Shown here piece after piece: positions 57,488 to 64,000 of a DNA stretch of 64,000 bases (its first letter is position 1; every line of letters starts with the position of its first letter). The notes beneath the pieces are model-generated. The model was not told the origin of the DNA, made no database searches, and was given only the letters and a program-made list of their open reading frames with translations. Source of the stretch: an uncultured virus (IMG/VR IMGVR_UViG_3300016472_000848) (taxonomy: Duplodnaviria; Heunggongvirae; Uroviricota; Caudoviricetes); IMG/VR virus record IMGVR_UViG_3300016472_000848, positions 62,001-126,000 of that record. One strand, written 5' to 3'. The translations under genes were made by a program, and so were the position numbers.

Positions 57488-59069
57488 ACAAATATTAAAA
57501 GAATTTATTAAATTGATTATAGAGAATGTTTTGGACAAGATGGGTGCCCAGCATGTTAGTACCTCTATTCGTGGCTCCTGGTTCCCTGTATACGCCTACA
57601 GAGGGGATCCTGGAATTGCTCGTCACAGAGAAGTTATGGGAAAAGTAAGAAAAAATTTACAGAGAAAAGCTTATTCTCATGATCCTCCAAGGATGGGGCT
57701 TGGAGAAGGAATTATTAAACTTCTTGAAAGTAAAATTGAAGATACAATCAATCAATATGCAGGAAAAGATCCGCAGATATTGCAATATCTTGAATATCTT
57801 AAAAAAAATAAAATAAACTCAAAGTATGTTCCATGGGCTACTAAAATTGGAAAAGAATTTATAGAAAAAAATAAAGAATCAATAGATGGAGATGTCCTAT
57901 GGAATCTTTCTGGCATTGTAGTCAATGTAACTTCTAGATTTGAAGATTTATCTAAAAAAAATTTAATTCCAGCAGATAAAAAAGATCATACAAAATATAA
58001 AACATTAAAAGATTTAGAAGATAGTGTACTTGACACTGAAGATACTGCTAGAGAAAAGAAAACAAAAAATATAGCTAAAAAAAATGTCAAAAAAATTTAT
58101 GAAAATGATACATATATCATTTTAGAACCAGCCTCCCAAGAGGCTTCTTGTGTATATGGAAAAGGAACTAAGTGGTGCATATCATCTACTGATGATCGGA
58201 ATTATTTTGATGACTACGTGAAACGAGACGTTAGATTTTTATTTATTATCAATAAAAAAACTGAAGATAAAGATGCAATTTCATTTTCTGGAGATATTCC
58301 TACAATAGAAATACATTCCGCTAATGATTATTCGCAAGATATAAATTATATTGAAGAAAAATATGATGAAAATATTCTCAAAGCTCTCAATAAATTCCTA
58401 ACTCCAATTATTGACACAACTCCATTTTTCACCCTTACAGAAAATGATATAAAAGAAGATCCATATTCTATTGTAAATGATTGGCAATTATTCGAAAGAA
58501 TAATGAAAGAAAAACCGAAGTTTGGATATAGCATAATCCAAGCATTATCTACTGATGGGGCTTTTAAAGAATTATTGATAAATGAAAAAAAACCTATAAA
58601 AATTGCAAATCGAATCACTAAAGGTATAGAAAGTTTATTTTATACAGATATTGTTAACGATACTGAAAAAGTACGCAATTTATTAAAATTTATTGAAAAT
58701 AATAAATTACAGATATCTGAACGAATTCTGCAAATGATGATTGCGAAAATAATATCCGATAAAGAAAAAATTAAATTTGCCTTGATTCTTCTTATTGTGG
58801 CAGGGCAGTCTATTGCAAAAAGTACTATAGAAAGTTATTTAAAAAATTCAAATTTAAAAGAAAAGTTCGAAGAACTTCAAAAACTTCAAAATTTTTTTAT
58901 GAGGATACATTTTTTCCTTCCCGAACGATTAAAGCGTTCCGTGGAAGACGACTGGGAATCTTTTATGAACAAAAAAGAAAATCTTAATCAAGGACTAGAA
59001 ACCTTATTAAAAATCGGTGATAAATATAAATGGAATTTTACAGGCGCAGTAAAAGAGCTAGTAAAGTAA
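57474..59069 (+). CDS. hypothetical phage protein (GTKWC domain)
   Basis: ASCVYGKGTKWCIS...YF..Y motif frequent in large-phage proteins; N-terminal LKEFIKLIIE. Confidence 0.7.
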   Translation: MTQDKQILKEFIKLIIENVLDKMGAQHVSTSIRGSWFPVYAYRGDPGIARHREVMGKVRKNLQRKAYSHDPPRMGLGEGIIKLLESKIEDTINQYAGKDPQILQYLEYLKKNKINSKYVPWATKIGKEFIEKNKESIDGDVLWNLSGIVVNVTSRFEDLSKKNLIPADKKDHTKYKTLKDLEDSVLDTEDTAREKKTKNIAKKNVKKIYENDTYIILEPASQEASCVYGKGTKWCISSTDDRNYFDDYVKRDVRFLFIINKKTEDKDAISFSGDIPTIEIHSANDYSQDINYIEEKYDENILKALNKFLTPIIDTTPFFTLTENDIKEDPYSIVNDWQLFERIMKEKPKFGYSIIQALSTDGAFKELLINEKKPIKIANRITKGIESLFYTDIVNDTEKVRNLLKFIENNKLQISERILQMMIAKIISDKEKIKFALILLIVAGQSIAKSTIESYLKNSNLKEKFEELQKLQNFFMRIHFFLPERLKRSVEDDWESFMNKKENLNQGLETLLKIGDKYKWNFTGAVKELVK

Positions 59070-59122
59070 TTGATACAAACCAACAGATATAAAAGAATAA
59101 TTTCATGTGCTACTCTTAACAG

Positions 59123-59482
59123 ATGCTAAATTGGTTTAAAAGTCTGTTTGATAAACAAGATTCTAAAAAAGATAAAAATTTAAAATCAATTCAAAAAATT
59201 GCTAGCGAATTAGTTGTTGGCGATGAAGTTCTTGTATCTTTCAAAGATCCTAATAAAATATTTTCTCCGCATCCACCTTCTAGATGGAATTTGAGCGAAG
59301 AAGAAAATAATAGGGGTTCTTTAAAAGGCACTATAACATTAATTTTAGAAGAATCTAATAGTATAACCGGGTTAGAGTTATCTTGTATTTGTCTAGGAAA
59401 TGGACAAAACAAGTGGAGAAGTACAATTTTTTTCCTAGATGAAATCCGGGATATAAAACTGTTGAAATTTGATAAGGAATGA
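59123..59482 (+). CDS. hypothetical protein
   Basis: 119-aa ORF, possibly a small beta-barrel; no motif recognised. Confidence 0.6.
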   Translation: MLNWFKSLFDKQDSKKDKNLKSIQKIASELVVGDEVLVSFKDPNKIFSPHPPSRWNLSEEENNRGSLKGTITLILEESNSITGLELSCICLGNGQNKWRSTIFFLDEIRDIKLLKFDKE

Positions 59483-59483
59483 T

Positions 59484-59753
59484 ATGAAAAAATTACACAT
59501 TTATTCTCAATATCAACAGCATGATGATGCAGTAATAATCGGAACAAGAGAAGCTTTAGAAGCTCTGCAAAAGGCGCTTAATCAACTTATTTCTTCTGGC
59601 AAATCAGAAAAAGATGTTAAAGTTGAATTCGAATGCCATGATGGAGAAAGTTATGATTTGTTTATTCAAATGAAGCCAGATCTTGGAGATGATAATCTTC
59701 CTTATATTTCTTGGAAAAATGGGATGGAGAAAGTGTATGAAAAAAGAATTTGA
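59484..59753 (+). CDS. hypothetical protein
   Basis: ATG 59484 after AAGGA; LHIYSQ..HDDAVIIGTREAL..L...F...DGESY. Confidence 0.6.
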   Translation: MKKLHIYSQYQQHDDAVIIGTREALEALQKALNQLISSGKSEKDVKVEFECHDGESYDLFIQMKPDLGDDNLPYISWKNGMEKVYEKRI

Positions 59754-60474
59754 TATCAAACAATTATTTCGTAAAGAAACAGTTTTAGACAAAGGACATG
59801 TTGAATTAATGGATGGCATGATAACGCATCCTATGTTGAAAGTTGTTAATTCTGCAAGAGTTTCTTTCTTGAAAGAAGCAAAAGAATTAACAGAACGTGA
59901 TGCTAAACTTATAAAATTTTTAATTGATCATGAACATTTTTCAACTTTGCGTCATTCTTATTTTTCTTTTAGAATAAAAGCACCTCTCTGTGTTTTCCGT
60001 CAATGGTGGAAATATCAGATAGGTTCTCAATGGCTTGAAAATGAAAATGTTGGTTCAATTGAAATTCAAGATACTTCATGGAATGAAGCCTCCGGAAGAT
60101 ATGTGGAATTTGAACCAGAATTTTATATTCCAGAAATAATTCGAATTCAATCCAAAGACAATAAGCAGGGCAGTCATGGCAAGCTTGAAGCTTTGGAAAG
60201 CGGTGTTGATCCAGTAGATTTCTTTAGAAATGTTTGTGATTTTCAATATCAAAACTATAAAGCAATCGTGAGTGCTGGCGGAGCAAAAGAACAAGCAAGA
60301 ATGCTTCTTCCGCAAAATATTTATTCCGAATGTATCTGGACTTGTTCTTTGCAAACAATTCTATTTTTTCTTCATCAACGTCTTAAAGAAGATGCTCAAT
60401 GGGAAATTAGAGAATATGCAAAAGCTATTAAAAATTTAGTACAACCAATTCTTATTGATGATATCATTAAGTGA
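59737..60474 (+). CDS. thyX: flavin-dependent thymidylate synthase
   Basis: VVNSARVSF, LIKFL..HEHFS, RQW...NEASGRY, AKEQARMLLP, RL...AQWEIR.YA; ATG 59737 after GGAG. Confidence 0.9.
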   Translation: MKKEFDIKQLFRKETVLDKGHVELMDGMITHPMLKVVNSARVSFLKEAKELTERDAKLIKFLIDHEHFSTLRHSYFSFRIKAPLCVFRQWWKYQIGSQWLENENVGSIEIQDTSWNEASGRYVEFEPEFYIPEIIRIQSKDNKQGSHGKLEALESGVDPVDFFRNVCDFQYQNYKAIVSAGGAKEQARMLLPQNIYSECIWTCSLQTILFFLHQRLKEDAQWEIREYAKAIKNLVQPILIDDIIK

Positions 60475-60518
60475 TATAACCGTAGATGTTCGCTTATGAT
60501 TGAAGCTGATTATATTGA

Positions 60519-62201
60519 TCAGAATATTTCACGCCAAGATAGGGAACCATAGTAATCCCTTGTGCCGGAACCAAGATGCATAACAGCCAATACAAGCTGA
60601 TCTGAAATATTATTTATATCTGTACCAATCAAAAGAGAACTTCTTATATCTCCTATTGTAGCAGCATTAACCGATACACCTTGTCCAGAAACATGCCCGC
60701 TCTTAATAACTGTTCCACCTGTTAAGGTGTTGCTTATGGTTCTTGATATATCATATTCTATTGCGGAATTTGTGATAGGAACCCATGATGCTGCATCTAA
60801 TCCAGCAACAGTTGGATTTAATATAAGCGCCCAAAGAAAGGTATCTGCTGATGTAGGAACCATTGATATGTCGATGGGATATATTGTTGCACCAATATAA
60901 GTATTTTTAAGTCTAATACTGATTAAAGGACAGAAAACACCGTTTGGTGCGTTTAATAATCTACTTGTTCCACGATTGGCTGAATGCAGAGTTCCTAATA
61001 TTTCTAAACCACCCTCAGAAAGAACGGTAGAGCATATTTCTGTAAGTGAACCTACCGATCCTGCTGCTGAACTTCTTATTTCATATCTTACAGGAAGATT
61101 TGGCGTTGACATATATACGCCAGTTAGAGTATTTGCCCTATTGAACTCATGAACGTATACTGGCAATCCATTTAAAACAAATCCAGTTCTAACCCTTCCA
61201 ACGCCAAGCCATTCAAGATCAATAAAACAAATTTGTGCTTTTGTTATATCAAGTGCTATTCCACTTGAGCCGCTACCATCTAATTTATCTAAATTCCACG
61301 CACTTTGACTAACTTGTGTTGTGGCCGGAGTGCTTGTGTAGTTGGAACGTAAGCAGAAATTTAAATTGCTCCCGCTTTGCTCAAAGAATATACCATTTTT
61401 ATCATCATAATACCCGGTTCTCCTAATGATGTTTGAAACCGGCGAACCAAAGACAAATGATGATATAAAAACTAAAGACTTTCCTGGTTGATAATTTATT
61501 CTTTGTTTAGATTGTTTAATAGCTAATGCACCGGCTGTACCACTAACTGACATAAGGGTGGCAGCTTGATTTTGATTATAATTTAATTGTCCATTTGATG
61601 CGCTTGTAGACCAAAACAAGTCTTGGTTATCAAATATTTGTTTACTTTCAAAAAGAGTAACTGGATTGCTAACTCTTAGCCGACCAAATGCATCAAGCCC
61701 TGGATTATCTCTAAACCCTGCGATTGTTACGCTGCCAGACATAGCTACTGTCCAAGGATTTGTTCCTTGAGCAGCGGTTACGCTATCAGAGCCGGAATTT
61801 AAATTACGTATGTCTACGTCGCCAGAATTTAATTCATTGAATATGGCAGCAAGACTATTTGATAAAACATTTTGAGAAGCAACTATTGAACTGGAAACGT
61901 CACTATCTGCAACAATAAGCTTATTATTTACATCTTGCTGTAGTGCAATTCCATTGTCGCCATAAACTGTTACATCATCAGTAGTATAATCTAAATCTCT
62001 GATATCAAGATTAACAGCACTAACACTTTGAGTTAATGGAAAGTTTGTTATTCCGACAGAACCGGTGACAAATAAATCTCTTGAAGGGGCTTGTCTTAAT
62101 ACACCAACATCACCACTTGAAGTTACAGCAGCCGGGATATTAATCGTTGACCCTGATATTACTACGTTAACATCACTTTGAATTGGTATATTAAATGGCA
62201 T
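60519..62201 (-). CDS. putative virion structural protein
   Basis: Beta-rich, Ser/Thr/Gly-rich; DAFGRLRVSNPVTLF, YQPGKS, WLGVGRVR.GF, NLPVRYEI and terminal SWRE, a pattern seen in phage virion proteins. Confidence 0.65.
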   Translation of the reverse strand: MPFNIPIQSDVNVVISGSTINIPAAVTSSGDVGVLRQAPSRDLFVTGSVGITNFPLTQSVSAVNLDIRDLDYTTDDVTVYGDNGIALQQDVNNKLIVADSDVSSSIVASQNVLSNSLAAIFNELNSGDVDIRNLNSGSDSVTAAQGTNPWTVAMSGSVTIAGFRDNPGLDAFGRLRVSNPVTLFESKQIFDNQDLFWSTSASNGQLNYNQNQAATLMSVSGTAGALAIKQSKQRINYQPGKSLVFISSFVFGSPVSNIIRRTGYYDDKNGIFFEQSGSNLNFCLRSNYTSTPATTQVSQSAWNLDKLDGSGSSGIALDITKAQICFIDLEWLGVGRVRTGFVLNGLPVYVHEFNRANTLTGVYMSTPNLPVRYEIRSSAAGSVGSLTEICSTVLSEGGLEILGTLHSANRGTSRLLNAPNGVFCPLISIRLKNTYIGATIYPIDISMVPTSADTFLWALILNPTVAGLDAASWVPITNSAIEYDISRTISNTLTGGTVIKSGHVSGQGVSVNAATIGDIRSSLLIGTDINNISDQLVLAVMHLGSGTRDYYGSLSWREIF

Positions 62202-62221
62202 ATGAATCTCTCTTATATCCT

Positions 62222-62229
62222 ATAAATAT
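62222..62229 (-). promoter_or_regulatory. putative late promoter motif ATATTTAT
   Basis: On the minus strand 20 nt before the start at 62201, oriented with that gene. Confidence 0.4.
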
Positions 62230-62275
62230 ATAATGATTTGAGATAAGCTAACAGCTTGCATTACAAGAGGAACGA

Positions 62276-62572
62276 ATGGGAAAATATAAAGAACTTGCAG
62301 AACAAATCGGAAATTTAGTTGATCAGAAAAATGCTGCTTACGGCTCAAGTTTTGATCAAGCTGGAGATTTTTTAAAACTATTATATCCAGATGGTATTCC
62401 GGTAGATTCGTATACAGATGCACTATGCATAGTTCGTATTTTTGACAAACTTAAACGATTAGGAAATGCTAGTAATTTACCTGCAAATGAAGGAAAAATT
62501 GATGCATGGAAAGACATAATTGGCTATGGCTTACTTGGTCTTTATAAAGACACGGCAACAAAAAAAGAATAA
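62276..62572 (+). CDS. nucleotide-modification-associated domain protein (Nmad1/DUF1599-like)
   Basis: KNAAYGSSF...RIFDKLKRL...DAWKDIIGY. Confidence 0.7.
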   Translation: MGKYKELAEQIGNLVDQKNAAYGSSFDQAGDFLKLLYPDGIPVDSYTDALCIVRIFDKLKRLGNASNLPANEGKIDAWKDIIGYGLLGLYKDTATKKE

Positions 62573-62629
62573 CTATATTTTAATACTAAAATATGCTATT
62601 GTAAGTTATTCTCTAACGAAAGATATAAA

Positions 62630-63553
62630 ATGCTAGGCTTATGTTGTCAAATCATTGAACCTGTTCACAAGAGAACAGGTAATATTACCTATGTCAATAT
62701 TTTAGAAGAAAAAACTTTACAGTTAGGTGCTTTCCAGAGTGGAAAGTATACGAGAGAAAAAATATCTCAAACCTATCATCATAATGTTGATCAACACATT
62801 AAGACGTTTCCCTATCTCATTAGGAACAAAATTAATTCTTTTCGTTTAACATCTGGATTATTTCCACTTTGGGAATTTAATCATGAAATGGTTAAGGCTG
62901 ATGAAATTTTGCTTTCTAAATTGAAAACTCTAGGTAAATTGTTTACCGATAATAACATTCGTGTTACTTGTCATCCTGGACAATTTACCGTGCTGTCTAG
63001 TGATAGCGTCAATGTAGTAAACAATTCTATTCGCGAGCTTGAATATCATGCATGGGTTTTTGATGTTATGGGTCTACCCCTTTCAAGCTATGCAGCTATA
63101 AATATTCATGGCGGTAAAGCGGATCGATCATCGAATATCATAAATGTATATCGTTCTCTTCCAGATAATATTCGTTTGCGTCTTACTCTAGAGAATGATG
63201 AACGATGCTATAATGTCGGTCAGCTATTGGATATCCATGATCGTTGTGGTGTTTCTGTAGTGTTTGATAGTCACCATTTTACTTTCAATACCGGCAATAT
63301 GTCATTTGCTGAAGCTTTTGATGATACTCGTGCTACCTGGGGTTCTATCAAACCATTGCAGCATATCAGCAATACCGAGCCTGGTATGGAGGATGCTCCA
63401 TTCAATCAACGGCGGGCTCATTCGCAATATATTCACTATATTCCGGATATGCAGCTAGAAGCCATGCGGGATGATACGATTGATGTAGATGTTGAAGCTA
63501 AACACAAAAATCTTGCCATTTTTGCTTTACGAGAAAGATATAATCTTATATAA
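62630..63553 (+). CDS. uvsE: UV DNA damage endonuclease
   Basis: FRLTSGLFP, HPGQFTVLSS, NIHGG, LTLENDE, VFDSHH, RAHS.YI, DVEAKHK. Confidence 0.9.
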   Translation: MLGLCCQIIEPVHKRTGNITYVNILEEKTLQLGAFQSGKYTREKISQTYHHNVDQHIKTFPYLIRNKINSFRLTSGLFPLWEFNHEMVKADEILLSKLKTLGKLFTDNNIRVTCHPGQFTVLSSDSVNVVNNSIRELEYHAWVFDVMGLPLSSYAAINIHGGKADRSSNIINVYRSLPDNIRLRLTLENDERCYNVGQLLDIHDRCGVSVVFDSHHFTFNTGNMSFAEAFDDTRATWGSIKPLQHISNTEPGMEDAPFNQRRAHSQYIHYIPDMQLEAMRDDTIDVDVEAKHKNLAIFALRERYNLI

Positions 63554-63594
63554 AAGATAAGAAAATCTATTTTCTTGAATTATGCTTTCCGTAT

Positions 63595-63942
63595 ATGAAA
63601 GCAAAAAGAAAAGCTGGTCAAAATAAGTTAGTCAAAGATAAATGTGAGATATGTGGTTTTAATAAGAGTGCCGCATTAAATCTCCATCACATTATTCCTC
63701 GATGCGATCCAAGATGCACAAATGACAATCACAATCTTGCTGTAGTATGTCATTCATGTCATGATCTTGTACACGCTTCGCCGCCAGAGATAACAATTGT
63801 AGGAGTATACAGTTCTACTGCTGGCAGAAAATTATTTTTCTATTATGGAGATAGCCCACCTCCAGATTTTCTTCCACGAGAATTTTGGAAGATTAAACCA
63901 GAAGAAAATCTATTGCTTGCTCGTGGTAAGCGTAACATTTGA
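63595..63942 (+). CDS. HNH endonuclease
   Basis: CEICG...LHHIIP......N..NLAVVCHSCHDLVH. Confidence 0.8.
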   Translation: MKAKRKAGQNKLVKDKCEICGFNKSAALNLHHIIPRCDPRCTNDNHNLAVVCHSCHDLVHASPPEITIVGVYSSTAGRKLFFYYGDSPPPDFLPREFWKIKPEENLLLARGKRNI

Positions 63943-63972
63943 CATACACGACTACTAGTTTAAATTGCCATA

Positions 63973-63980
63973 ATATTTAT
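63973..63980 (+). promoter_or_regulatory. putative late promoter motif ATATTTAT
   Basis: 4 nt before an ATG (63985) that runs off the window end. Confidence 0.35.
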
Positions 63981-64000
63981 CATCATGGAACAAAATAAAA

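Noticed and set aside
57540..57710. GC-richer patch with a possible hairpin (CCCTGTA...TACAGAGGGG) inside 57474..59069
   Set aside because: In frame and explained by Gly/Pro/Arg codons; the stem is short and imperfect.
448..63458. Numerous 60-130 aa ORFs antisense to or nested within long genes in the ORF track
   Set aside because: Shadow frames of well-supported genes; no motifs or ribosome-binding sites.
1..64000. Alternative genetic code (stop-codon reassignment seen in some jumbo phages)
   Set aside because: Genes up to 1420 aa are intact in the standard code and TAA, TGA and TAG all end genes.
1..64000. tRNA, rRNA, CRISPR array or intact group I/II intron
   Set aside because: Intergenic gaps are short; no cloverleaf or repeat-spacer pattern was seen, and all insertions in conserved genes are in-frame inteins. 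A covariance-model scan was not possible.

Overview
AT-rich 64 kb segment of a large (jumbo-type) tailed phage genome, most likely a myovirus distantly related to T4-like phages. It reads cleanly in the standard genetic code and nearly all genes are on the + strand. From left to right: a GT4 glycosyltransferase, a gp55-like late sigma factor and an L-type lectin; a ~31 kb baseplate/tail block (gp5-like hub/spike, gp25, gp6, LamG wedge proteins, paralogous virion proteins) interrupted by a homing endonuclease and an endonuclease remnant; a replication/repair block (gp4-like nuclease, GIY-YIG, RuvC, adenine MTase, primase, fused Mre11-Rad50, 5'-3' exonuclease, DnaB with intein, NrdB, NrdA with two inteins); then an amidase endolysin, a 2H phosphoesterase, a membrane protein plus an intein-containing actin-family ATPase, proteases, ThyX, UvsE and HNH. 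The most striking item is the two-gene unit of a membrane anchor and a volactin-like actin, a candidate phage cytoskeletal system whose actin is split by an intein in its phosphate-2 motif. A recurrent ATA(T/C/A)TTA upstream motif is a candidate late promoter. No tRNA, rRNA or CRISPR array was seen. Family calls come from motif recognition by eye; no database searches were run.
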